Shown here: positions 23,830 through 35,940 of the stretch, piece by piece
Numbering within the stretch: the first letter of the stretch is position 1
How the letters are laid out: the number at the start of each line of letters is the position of its first letter
NCBI GenBank assembly: GCA_977862235.1
Contig: OZ374562.1
Location: forward strand, 1,922,001 to 1,986,000
Length of the DNA: 64,000 nt
Direction: 5' to 3'
Source of the DNA: Dudresnaya verticillata
Lineage: Eukaryota
The notes under the pieces: generated by a model
What the model saw: the letters and a program-made list of their open reading frames with translations, nothing else
What the model was told of the DNA's origin: nothing
Databases searched by the model: none
Position numbers and translations under genes: made by a program

Positions 23830-24939
23830 TGGATTTTGATCGATGTCACGCGCCGTGCTGTGGTGGCGCCACCCGTGTTCTGTCGTGGGGTCGACCCCGT
23901 TGTGGTTTGGCGCAAGCGTGCACTCCGACGCGGCTGAGTGGCGATTACACGAGGATTAGCTTCGCTGCGTGCCGTCGTTGACGAGCTCGGCTCGCCTCGT
24001 TGGTCCTCGGAGGCGTCTCCGCTCTTGTCGACACCGTCCACGCTTGCGGCTCGCCTGAGCTGTCTGGTCTGTGCACCGTCCGACGACGAGTCATGAGAGC
24101 TGTAGAAGCGGTCCTCGCTGCGTGGTTGAAAGAAGGCATCACTCACCAGTCTAGGGCAAATGCGCGCGCTAATCACGTGCGCTTGACAGCACGATTACGC
24201 GCGCGCGCACAAACCGCCCCAAACGCGCCCGTTGGGGGGTTTCGGTGAGAGTACAACTGGCGCCAAATGTGCTTAAAACAATCTCAGTAAATAATGTATC
24301 GTGCAGAAAATGGGGTCTTAATTCATTGAACGTGCCAAAAGGCATCCACCGCTGTGATTTGTAGGGGCGAAAGTTTGTCCTGCTGAGTAGAAAGGCCAAG
24401 TTTGGAATCATAAACCAAGAGCTCCGAGCTAGTTCTATCATGAGAATGGAAAATATTTTTAAATATAGAAGATTTCGTTGCGAAAGTCGACGTCAAAAGT
24501 GCGAAACTTTCCCTAAAATGCGATAGTTTCGCATCTCTCAGACCATGGCTGGGTAAGATGTTTCCGAATTTTCGAACATTCGCACTTTCCCGGCCTTCCA
24601 GGGTTCTGTTCTTCGAGAACAAAAGCATGTTTTTCAGAAAGGCACCAATACGGCGCAACTTATGCCATATTAATATATGCAAAATCGAAACTTTCGCGAA
24701 ACTTTCGCCGGCAAAGATGTTACAAACGAAATGATTTTATGGGCACATAATTATTGCACTCCGAGATTCTATTTTGGCCAACGATGCGACGCTCAGAAGG
24801 CGGGTTACTGCACAAGCTTGATATGGGCCTTCTTGTTCCTTGAGACCTTGTCTGGAACCGTCTGCAAGAAGTCCTGGTGAACCTCTCGTGCTTTCAGAGC
24901 ATCGCACTCAAGGGCTGTGACCATCGTGGGACTGCAAAG

Positions 24940-25899
24940 ATGACAGCGTCAGCCTGTGCTCTGCCGTACGTGTCCCCGTCGCGGTTCTCGCAACTTGGGC
25001 TTGCAATTGCGCATAGCAGCCCGGGGTTGAACCCTCTAACAGAACGTCGCCGCTTCCGGTCTCTATTCGAGGTAACACCGGCAATATGTGCTCGCGTCTG
25101 GGATCTGATTCGCAGGCATCATGTTCTCCCAAACGCTGCGCGGCCGGTGCATTTATTGTGGGCACTAATGTTCTTGAAAGTTTGTGGGAGCTAAGAGACG
25201 GATCGCATGATTGGCCGCGTGGACGAAAAGACGTTTCGCAAATGGTTGTGGTTCTTTGTCTCTGTTTTGGCCGGCCTTAGAGCGGTACGTGATGCCCTAA
25301 ACGTTCTCTTCTCCACACGGTACACCCTCTAACGTTTTTACATCGCTGAGAAATTCTGTGTCGACTGGAAGATCAAATGGGAAGATAGATGGCGGGGGAA
25401 TACTCTAACTATGTGCAAGATCTCAGTGGATGGCACTGCCTTCCGTGTCTATGAACCAGCGCCGTTTATCCCAAAATGGTACTCTCATAAGTTCAAGGGC
25501 CCGGGGCTATGCTGCGAGGCAGGTATTTGCATTCATACTGGACATATAGTATGGGTGTTTGGGCCGTTCCCCTGCGGTTCGTTCCCGGACTTGACCATCT
25601 TTAGGTTGCGCATGAAGCAAGCTCTCCAGGCCGGGGAGAAGGCAGTGGCTGATGGTGGTTACAAGGACGGTTCCTTTGTATTGCCGGACGAAGTAGACGG
25701 CGAAAAGCGGAGGGACCTGGCTACAGTTCGTGCTCGGCACGAGACCGTTAATCGCCGCCTCAAGCAATTCTTTGTCCTAGGACATCGCTTCAGGCACGAT
25801 CTTTCTCTACATTCTGTTTGCTTTCATGCAGTTGCTAACATTACGCAACTGATGATAGAGTTCGAAGACCCACGTTTTGAGGTCGAGTATATTGAATAG
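24940..25899 (+). pseudogene. PIF/Harbinger-related (DDE_Tnp_4, ISL2EU-like) transposase; one intron 25285-25371; premature TAA at 25192
   Basis: HLLWALMFLK, SVDGT, WYSHKFKGPGL, VADGGY, RARHETVNRRLKQF; phase-0 intron GTACGT...CTAAC...AAG restores the frame. Confidence 0.85.
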
Positions 25900-26491
25900 A
25901 CAGTTCTTCCGGAGAAGAGCGCACTATCTGCGTTTCAAAGTATGTCCTCAACATCCGGTCTGAACTCATGCCACGGCATGCCAATCGTACTGTATCATAA
26001 AAAAATAATATTCAAGATATATCCTCACATTAATTTATTAAATGGAACACGTGGAAATTTTGCTTCTTCCCGCATCTCTCAGGCTGGCTAGGTTGAACAT
26101 GTTCGACTTAGCAAACCTGAACGGAACGTGCACGTTCGCTGTACATTTAGAAGCTATGCACGGGATGCTCTGTGAAGCATCTGCCTCGCATAGCTACAGT
26201 TGCGATTTGTCCCAAAGTAGCTACTAATAAATATCCTCGGAGCCTATACGCCTAGGTACCGAACTCACAGCAAGCATATTGCATATGCAATCATACGTTC
26301 ACATAGGATGGATATATCCATTGGTATACTAAATGGAAGGCCAAGGCCCGTCACCTTCTACGGTGATCGAATGTTTTCTGTCATTTACAATAGCTATCAT
26401 ATATCCTGTCATTTACGATAGATATATATCAGATATCTGTGGCACAATACAGAAAATAGTAGGTCACATAGTGTGATCGAATTTACGAAAA

Positions 26492-26962
26492 GTGACTGGC
26501 GGACTGTACACCTTCCGGCTCGCCCACCACAGATCCCGGCGATGTTCGTGCCACCGCTGTAAGGCACCAACAGGCCACCCTCGGGACTATCTGCATGTGC
26601 GCAGACGACACCTGTGTCACACAGGTGCGTTTGAGAAGGGCTGGAAGGGCGAAGGTCGGTATTTGGGGTGCCCGCACTGCAACGTCGTTAAGGTGAGGCC
26701 CTGGAACTGTATGGAAGCGTTCCAGGCTAACCTTAACACAAAAGCGTGCCGGCTGTCTCGGGGCGTGGAACTGCAAGAGAAAACCAAGGCTCTACTCGGG
26801 TGGCGGCTGGTACACCGCATCAACGATGAGGACAAGCGGCTGGTAGTGGAAGGAACTGAACGGTTCAGATACCCCGCGTGCGATACTAGGTTGCACTTCC
26901 GCGATCGCTTTACCCACTGCGTCAATTGCTTCCCTAGTAAAGGCATCCAGCTGCCAGCTTAG
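26492..26962 (+). CDS. Small Cys/His-rich hypothetical protein (possible zinc finger)
   Basis: CxxC...HLCH...CPHC and a C-terminal C...HCVNC pattern; GTG start. Confidence 0.3.
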   Translation: MTGGLYTFRLAHHRSRRCSCHRCKAPTGHPRDYLHVRRRHLCHTGAFEKGWKGEGRYLGCPHCNVVKVRPWNCMEAFQANLNTKACRLSRGVELQEKTKALLGWRLVHRINDEDKRLVVEGTERFRYPACDTRLHFRDRFTHCVNCFPSKGIQLPA

Positions 26963-26963
26963 T

Positions 26964-29900
26964 TTACTGCTTCGAATATATCGCTATATCTAATGTAGTT
27001 GCATGATACACTAGTCTGATGAAACTAATAGTTGGCTCCTGGTCCGTATTACGCTCCAAAGCACCTGCTGTCTTCGCTTGGTTCACATGCGCAAGGAAGC
27101 GCTCGCGACAAAGAAAATGGACCTCTGCACACTTCCATCCTTTGCTTGGCAGGTGCTCTTCCAAAGAAATCCCATAACTTTCCATAGGTGCTATATTCGC
27201 CTTTAGCAGGGGTAGGACAGCCCCAGGGAACCAGTAGACACGGCTGAACGCATTCTCTGCGAGGCACACATGGTCATACCCACCAGCGACACAGTTTCGC
27301 ATTAGCATTCGAGCATCTCTTTTTGCTGTTTCGATGAAGTTTCTCATCCGCGCTTCAAGCTTCTTCTTCCCCTTCTTCCCCTGATGTTGATGCCGCCGAC
27401 TTTCTTGCCGCCCCTGCGTCGAGAGTTTTGATTCTTCCAAGCGAAAGGGTTGCATGCCCTCCAGACCACGGTAGCGGATAACTGCTCCGATACAAATTTA
27501 GATGCGACCATTCTTTCCATGTTTGCGACAGTCCCTATAGGGACGGGTCAGCTGACGAGAACGTCGGTCTCAAGAAGGATTCCCCTCGTTCCAAACCCAT
27601 ACTGTGTCTCAACTGGTGCAAAAATGCGGCTCGCGTCAATTTGTTCAGCACTTTCTTGAGCCACTGCATACACGATGTCGTATGAGCCCTCAACAGCCGA
27701 AAGCATGGTGGCTCACGTATGAAAAGTCCATCCGTCGAGTCGTCCTTAAGTGCCCTCGTAAATCGGTCAAGATTAACCTCAAGCAGTCCAATGTACGTTT
27801 TACGAAGTAATGTAATCCCCGGGACCACGGAAAGTTCCTTGCAGTATTTGATATGGAATGGAATCATGCCTCTCGCACGTGAAGTGAGTTCTTTTGCAAC
27901 CAAGGTCTCATCAAAATCAGACTGGTCATGGTTGAGCTAACGCTCTATCAGCTTTCCGTGCTCTATCAAGGACGGACCTCCGCTGCTCCCAGATGCAGAC
28001 AAGGCACGGTTGCTTAGCTGCGTTACTACGTGGATAATCTTCGCCACATGTCCACTTCCCTTGATGTCTACATAGTAGAATTGTGGATACTTCCCTTTGA
28101 GAACTTGATTTCTCCTTGAAGCACTCAACTGCTGTACGATTGATATAGCAAACAGAGCAAATCGTATCTACCAAGTTCTTACATAACAAGGGCTTAGAAT
28201 TATCGATAATCTCATGACAAGAAAAAATTCCTTATGGCCGCAATCTGCACAAGGAACAAGCGTTTTTCGATCACATCGTGACTCAATGGAAGTATAGATA
28301 GCCTCGCAAGGAACGTCTTCTCCGTGTCCGCATGGTCTTATAACCCGTGTGGTGTGCCCACAATTGAGCAAAGGGACAATGTCTCTCCGTAGCCTCTCTG
28401 GCACCCTCTCACCAAGCGTTACAACTGCACAGGTCATCTCAAAACTTCCATCGTATGCAATAGTTATTCTTGGAGGCCTTTCTTCACTCCACTGTTGCAG
28501 TGAGTGAACGTTCTCTTCGAGGTGGCACTGTATCGACAAGATGTGTTCGTATAGCGACGATTCGATTTAAACTACTTCCGTGCATTCGGTTTCCTCCTCA
28601 GCCCTAGGGCATGCGGCTCAGTGGAAAGCGCGACTGCATAGTATCTCTGTCACTTCATGATCACAACGTCTTCGATACGTCACTAGTTCATGACAGTCAT
28701 GGACGTCTGCAGCAGTCTCGCAGTAATATGCATCTGCTTCTACGACAAGTCGATCATGACAAGATTCGAGTCTATTTCCGGGCAAGACTGAAGTAACGCT
28801 TCTCTCAAGATAACACAGTACCTTAAATTCAGGAGTACATCGGGCGCGCACGGCCCGAATATTAATCGGACCGGGCAGGTCCTCCATCTCTTGAAGCGTT
28901 GTTAACTGGTGACAGGTACCTGGTTGCAAGCTGTGCCCATGCTCGCACAATAGATATGTGAACAAATCGGTTAATAGCTCCTCATACGTTGCTGGAGGTT
29001 CACCTCGGCGATAGCATTGTGTTTGATAAGCATGCCCACATGTTCGTTCCACACTGACTTCATTTCTGCATTCTGGAAGCGTCTTTGCTGCAATGTAGCG
29101 ACCAAGCCCACTACATTGGAGATTATGAGTCCGACGGCCACATTTTCTGAAGAAATTGAAGGTTGTAGAACATGACGACTGATTTTCTTGATCCGTGGAT
29201 CAACGGGAGGGCTTTCGAACAGAGTATTCTCGTCTATCACAGTTTCCAGAGCATCACCCTTCGAATCCGAACGGTGAACGAACGGCGATGAGGGCAGGTC
29301 TGCACATATACTCCTCACAAGATACGGGCCATGCATTTCATGCCCACAAAGCGGGATTCTAAACACTGAATCCTGTTGGCACAAGCCTTCTTCACGCAAG
29401 CCTAATGCCAGCTCGAATGCCTCGGCACACTGTGTTATCATATTGTGGCCACAGGAACGGCGATAAGTTTTTCTGATGCCGCAGGGAGGCCCCTTGCAAA
29501 CCTTCTGTTGAGGGGAGATGGATGTCTGCTTCCAAGCACTGCTTCAGACGGCCCGTAATGAATTCCGTGTATCACTACCCGTGGACCTCCTCCGGCTGCC
29601 TCACCATCTTGCTCGGCCCATAAGTCCTTAAGTGTGGTCGGCTCATGGCATCATGAGGAGAGGGGATGTGAGCACCGAGGTCGGCGCTTTACAACAGCTT
29701 CCAAGCATTTTGGCACAACGTCAAGGGATAATTCCTCAACCATCTCTGCACAGGATATCCGTGCTTTGCAACCACAAACGCTTCGGTGTTCAACTCTTCT
29801 GCGGCACGAAGGCGTATTCTCTTCCCACTGATGACGGTTGTAGCACGATGGATTGACTGTAACGTGGCCGCATGCCGGATGGATGTAGTTCTCCACTGGT

Positions 29901-30110
29901 TCGCTGCTAGTTGTCCGCTGGTGAAGTTATCTTCCGAGGAAGCCCTGTGAGGCCTCGGGGCATTGACGGGCGTCTGCGATGGCGGTGCACGGGCGCTGTG
30001 CACATAGCTGCAGCGATCGCCAAAGCGGCAGATGCCGGTGGCGCAGCAGGTCGTCGCGGCGCAGGTCGCGTTGGACAAGGGCGCGCGGAGCGACGTGGAG
30101 CGCCTACCAG
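26964..30110 (-). pseudogene. Degraded gene with tandem NF-X1-like (CGH...C) zinc-finger repeats and an upstream CCCH finger-like motif
   Basis: About 10 CGH/CxH repeats across ORFs 29651-29896, 28971-29441, 28618-29052 and 28168-28539; GICRFGDRCSYVH; many frameshifts and stops. Confidence 0.6.
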
Positions 30111-30325
30111 TGTCTTTACAGTGTAGATTTACACTATAGACAGAAAAGGATTCGTATCGGCTCGGCCACACATGGGTCTGACCCCTTTTGGGTACTACTA
30201 TTATTGGGTAGTGGTCCTAATACTACTACTATATCGAAAAAGGTAGTGGACAGTACAGATTACAGTCGACAAAGTACACGGCTTACATTTTGCAACCCCA
30301 CCAGATGCGCCGTTGCCCCTTGTGA

Positions 30326-30815
30326 GTAAGATCGAGGACATTTCCCCATCCATAACAATGCCCCCCGTGGACTCGTACCCCGTATGTATGCTCCTTTATT
30401 CTATTCCATGTGCTGTGTGGTACATGCTGGGGCGGTAAGAGTAAGGCGCCAGCCGGCCAAACCTCCACCGGGGTAAGATAGAAGACATTTCACCATCCAT
30501 AACAATAGCCTATAATTTGACATCATTTGGGTGGCATAAACATCAACAAACACGACAGCTGCGAGCATAAAAGCCCGTTCCACTTCCCGATCTCGTTGGT
30601 GTTCGTGTCCACGATATATTCTGGTGCGGTATGAGTAAGAACGAAGAAATTTCACCATCCATAACAAAGGCCTATAAATTGAAATCATTTAGGAAACGTG
30701 CAGAACAACGTAGAGACGAGGTGTTAACTTCATTTACTTCATCCCACAATGACTCTAACGGGACACAATTATTGACATCATTGATGCTGAAGACCAATGT
30801 TTTGACCTCATTTAC
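30326..30815 (+). repeat. Three interspaced ~35-60-bp repeats plus recurring TTGACATCATT-like motifs
   Basis: GTAAGA...CATCCATAACAA at 30326, 30473 and 30635. Confidence 0.75.
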
Positions 30816-30831
30816 ATACCGACTTCATTCC

Positions 30832-31666
30832 TGTGGCATAGCTGTAAGACCAGCTGTGCCACGCACGCCCAGCTGTAAGACCAGCTGCGCCGCGTGTGCA
30901 CCGCTGTGCGCACGCTGTCAGCCGGTGGCGCCGAAGCCCCGCTGAACTGTAAGGAAGTGCGCAGTGGCGCCCGCGCGTGCACGTGTACGCGTGTGACACT
31001 GAAACTCCCATGTAATTTCTACGTCTATTGTTGTAGTGTACAGCACCGTCTAGTGTAAGCGGCGGTCGAACGCCCGGCTGTCCTGCGCGCCGTGCGCACG
31101 CACTCCGGCGCAGAGCCGTTGAGTGCGTGACACGCGCAGGCGTACTCCGGCGTCGAGCCGTTGAGCACGTGTGGACCGTTTCGCCCACGCGCGCCCCCGG
31201 GTTACCGTTACCCGTACGCGTTGACGCGTGTTGGGGCGCGCCGGCGCACCTCCCGGGTTGGTGCCGCCGCAGGCCCTGCAGTATATCTAGTAGTCGTCCC
31301 TCTGGGCTTGAGTAAACCAGGCAAGCCAGCCTACGCCAGGCTTGCCCCTTTCTGCTTTGGGTTTCTTTCCCAGTCCTTCGCCCTACGGCTTCCCTCTTTC
31401 CCTAGCCGTCTAGGCTTTCCTTTTCCTTTCCCTACCGTTGGCTTCGTGCCGCGCCACGACGGGGACGCAGGGATCCGGCCGCTGCCGCCCGCGTACGGTA
31501 CGCCCCGTGCGCGCTCAGGCTTCGACGCCGTTGATCCGCGACCGTCGACGGCGCGCGCGGCCGACACCACCGCTCTAACACCACCGCTACCACCCTTCGA
31601 CGGGTCGGAGTGCGACTACGAGACCAGCCGCCCTAGACGTCAGTTCGACCTGACGTCTATGCCACA
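30832..31666 (+). mobile_element. Solo LTR, family A, copy 2
   Basis: TGTGGCATAG...CTATGCCACA; TSD ATTCC (30827-30831 / 31667-31671). Confidence 0.93.
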
Positions 31667-32751
31667 ATTCCATACATCCAATTACAGAACTTAATAATTG
31701 CGTCCGCACCCAATGCCTTTTTCACGCGTAATGCTTCTCCTGACCATTTCCCTGCTTCTCTGACATTTTCGCACTAGTTGAGCGAGCTGCAGAGTCGTCT
31801 TTCGTAGCTTTTCAATCTCTGTGCGTACGCCAGCAATGATATTGGGGAAATCCCCCTGTAAGCCATCCCAGCTGACAGTTTTCCGCTACCAGCAAGGATG
31901 GCCCCCTCACAACAACAACGCGCATACGTGCACACGTGTGCCCCCTCGGCGCACAGTGTCAACCCACACTGCCAAGAGGCTGACAGTGGATAGTTTTACT
32001 AGATAATTACAGACTTGTGCGCGCCACGCAATGCCAAGTGGCGCGCCCCCTTCCACTACCTTAATCCGCCACGAAGGCGCATCCGCCTCGTACATAGTAT
32101 ATTAGGGCCCTGAGGTGCGCCCTCGTACAATAAACAGGGAAGCTTGGGCCCAGCGAGACATACCCTCCTACCCTATCGGCTCTGTCGCTAGGCTGGACTC
32201 CAGTACGTACGCTACCCGTCTTCATCGTACAGAATCCTGTTTTTCCTTTATTTTTCCTTTTTTCTTTCCTTTCTGGGGTAACCCTCTTCTTGGTCTCATA
32301 GTGTTTTACAGTCGCGCTACGGGGCTATTCCCCTGCTCTACCACTACCCCTACCTCACGCTACCACCGGGCCCACCAACTACACGAGGTGCATCCTCTTT
32401 TCAACCCAGTGGATTTGCACCACACCGACGAGGGTGCGGTTAATGCGGCGGACATCACTCTCCAGGCGACGAGAGACAGGCTGTTGAGACGGATGTGTGG
32501 GAGCTTGATTTCCATGGCGTCCAGGCATAGGAGGCTGGCCGACAGGACTGTTGGGTAGCTACCCAGGTGAGCGGAAAGGGCGGCAAGATACGGTCGAAGC
32601 GAATCTGGGGAAGAGGCGGCGTGAGCAGCGGCGGGAGAGATGACATGGGCGGAAGGGTCGGAGATAAGCGATAAGAGGCGAATGACACCGCCGAACTGGG
32701 TTCCCGGCGAAGCAGCCGAAGTAAACCTTGAATAGCTGGCAACTGCGTCAG

Positions 32752-33287
32752 TGTAGTATAGACGTCGGGTCGATCCGACGTCTAATATCGCTGGTCTGAA
32801 GCCGCCACACAGACCCGTCGATGGGTAGCTGTTGTGTGTGGTAGAGTGGTGTCGGTCGCGTGCGCCCCCGCAGGTGCGGATCGACGGCGTCGATGCCGGA
32901 GCGGGCACGGGGCGTACCGTACGCGGGTAGGCAGCGGCCGGATCCCAGCGTCCCTGTAGAAGGGCGGCACGAAGCCGACGGAAAGGAAAAGGAAAGGGAA
33001 AAAGCTTAGCGAGGCAAGGGGAAAAAGGGAAACCGCCCGCTGGCGTAAGGCAAAGGGATCGAACCCGAAGAGGCTGGGGGCAAGCTTCAGCGCGAGCTGT
33101 TGCTTCCCCGGTTTACTGAGCCGTCGATGGCCGACGGCCTTAAATACCCTACGGTATGTACACTACGGCTACTCTACAGTAGGTGCGCCCCACAACACCA
33201 ACGCGGGAGTTGTGCGAGCGCGCGCCCATACACGTGTCGAAACGTCCGGGTAATGACTACCCGTGGGCGCGCGCGGGGCGTAACGGG
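32752..33287 (-). repeat. LTR C copy 1 (U3 side truncated, more diverged)
   Basis: Matches 45508-46043 with more mismatches than copy 2 does. Confidence 0.88.
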
Positions 33288-34061
33288 TGTAGTATAGCTG
33301 TCAGCACACTATCAGCAGCGGCTGTAAGGTATGCTGGCCGCGCCGCACTGTAATGGTGCACACGATGACGCCCGCTGGCGAGTCGTGATTGGGCAGCGTG
33401 CCCTTAGCTTTTTCGTTGAATTAGTAGCGGTCGACCGCATTGCTGCCGGCAGCGGCCGCGCGCCGTGCCGCACACGGCGCGCCCCTGTGAAGCTCTCCGG
33501 CATCGAGCCGTTGAGAGGGCCGCTGCCCGTTACGCCCCGCGCGCGCCCACGGGTAACCGTTACCCGGACGTATCGACACGTGTATGGGCGCGCGCTCGCA
33601 CACCTCCCGCGTTGGTGTTGAGGGGCGCACCTACTGTAGAAGTAGTCGTAGTGCACATAGTGTAGGGTATTTAAGACCGTCGGCCATCGACGGCTCAGTA
33701 AACCGGGCAAGCAACAGCTCGCGCTGAAGCTTGCCCCCAGCCTTTTCGGGTTCGATCCCTTTTCCTTACGCCAGCGGGCGGTTTCCCCTTTTCCCCTTGC
33801 CTCGCTAGGCTTTCCCCTTTCCTTTTCCTTTCCGTCGGCTTCGTGCCGCCCTTCGACAGGGACGCTGGGATCCGGCCGCTGCCTACCCGCGTACGGTACG
33901 CCCCGTGCGCGCTCCGGCATCGACGCCGTCGATCCGCACCTGCGGGGCGCACACGGCCGACACCGCTCTACCAACCCCAACAGCTACCCATCGACGGGTC
34001 TGTGTGGCGGCTTCGGACCAGCACGTATCAGACGTCGGATCGACCCGACGTCTATACTACA
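33288..34061 (+). repeat. LTR C copy 2 (774 bp, inverted)
   Basis: TGTAGTATAG...CTATACTACA; near-identical reverse complement of 45508-46281. Confidence 0.92.
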
Positions 34062-35940
34062 CTCGCGGAATTCGACTTCCAGATCGAGTACCGTCCGGGT
34101 AGGGTACACCATGTGCCGGACGCGCTGTCCCGCCTGGTGAGGCCTCGACGGCAGCAAGAGGAGGTTGACGACGACGTCCCTACCTACGACCCCCCGGTGG
34201 TCGACGGCCAGAAGGAGGGTGCCTCGAGTACCGAACCCAAGGCACCGTCGGTCTTGCTGACCACGCGGTCCCAAGCCAACGCGTCGACGCGGAAGGCGCC
34301 GGATCGACCGGCTGCAGTGGGCGGCACTGGCAGCGAAGCCAAGGAGCCCTCAGACAGCGACGAGCCACCGGGGCTTGCCGACGACGAAGCCTGGGACGAC
34401 TGCGACGACGTCGACCTTTTCGACCTTGGCCGCATCGACGCGAGCCAAGAGCCGACGGACCTCACCCGGGTCGAACCGGTGAAGCTCCCTTCACCACTAA
34501 CCGTCGAGGAATTGGTGGATGCGCAGCGGCGCGATTCTTTTTGCCAAACAGTGTTGGCACGGCAGTCCCGTCGACGGGACAGCCACTTCTTCGAAGACGA
34601 GGGCGGGCTCCTGTGCCGGCGTCACCCCGTCATCTCCTCGCTGGAGCAAATAGTGGTGCCCGAAGCGCTACAGCCGCGGCTTCTCACGCTCGCGCACCAC
34701 TCCCTCCTGGCTGGCCACCCTGGCCAGAACAGGATGTTCTACACGCTCCGCGAGAGCTACTACTGGCCACACATGTCAGCGGACATAGCCATGACAGTTC
34801 GGAACTGTCGGCACTGTGCCAGGAGCCGCATACGCTTGCGGAGGTCCCTTCATCGGTTGAAGTTGTTCCCGGCCACGAGGCCGCTCGAGTCGCTCGCGAT
34901 CGATATCCTAGGGCCGCTGCCCAAGACGAAGTCAGGAAAGCGTCCTGCTCGTCATGACGGATCGATTCACGAAGCTGACTCAAGTAGCGCCGCTGCGCAC
35001 CATCACAGCGTACCACGTCGCAGTGGCATTCTGTGAGAGGTGGATCTTCCACTATGAACCACCAAGGTCTCTGTTGTCCGACAACGGGAAGCAATTCACC
35101 TCTAAGTTCTTTCAGGCCGTGTGCCGCTACCTCGGACTGAACAACGTGTTCACGTCCGCCTACCACCCACAGGCGAACGGTCAGGTTGAGGGCTACAACC
35201 GGACCGTCATGGCCATGTTGATGAATTACATCAACGATCACCAGGACGACTGGGATTGATACGCAGCGGCGTTGACGTATTCCTACAACTGCCATGTCCA
35301 TCGCACGACGCGGACGACACCCTTCAGCCTCGTGCTGTCCCGGCCGCCGCCGGAGTTCACTAAGTTTCATAAGGCAGCGGCCAGACCGAAACCTAGTGAG
35401 GACGTGCGCGCGGACTTCCTCAAGCGGCTCGACGCCGCTTCGCAAGCGCATCGAGCGCTCTCGACAAAACGCAGCGGCGTTACAAGAAAGTATGTCATTG
35501 TCAGAAAAGTCAACTCCCGCATTCGAGCGGGATACTACGTCTTCATCGCCGCGAGCGACGGGGTTAAGAAACCCAAGAAGCTCCAGAGCCCAGCGATAGG
35601 GCCCTACCGCGTGCTGCTTAACGACAAGCGCACGCTGTTCATCGACAGAGGCGGCTTGGTCGAACGCATCGCAGCGGACCGCGCCGTCTACTGTCCCCCG
35701 CCGCTGTGGGAGGATACTGCGCAGCGCAGCGCCTACTTACCCACCACTGAGGAACTCGCGTCCGAAGCCGTCGATGGCCCGCGGTTCGTGGTAGATAAGG
35801 TCCTTGACCACGGTACAGCCGACGATGGCACGCTCGTGTTCAAGGTGAAGTGGACCGGCTATCGCAAGCCGACGTGGGAGCCACGTTATCATCTCCCCGA
35901 GGAGATGGTGAGCCACTATTTCGCATCGCAGCGGCGGTGA
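34062..35940 (+). pseudogene. RNase H end, integrase (HHCC, DDE) and chromodomain, frameshifted
   Basis: LAEFDFQIEYRPG...DALSR; AHH...GHPG...YYWP...CRHC; IDILGPLP; SDNGKQF; YHPQANGQVE; FKVKWTGY..PTWEP. Confidence 0.93.

Larger units (their letters stand above)
17630..24110 (-). mobile_element. 3' portion of a Ty3/Gypsy chromovirus (family B): chromodomain, motif array, antisense ORF, PPT and 3' LTR
   Basis: Chromodomain at 23536-23730, polypurine tract adjacent to the LTR, LTR 17630-18467; 5' boundary approximate. Confidence 0.85.

Noticed and set aside
33312..33980. 222-aa ORF repeated at 45589-46257, and similar ORFs in LTRs A and B
   Set aside because: They lie entirely within GC-rich LTRs; they are repeated only because the LTRs are repeated, and show no domain signal.
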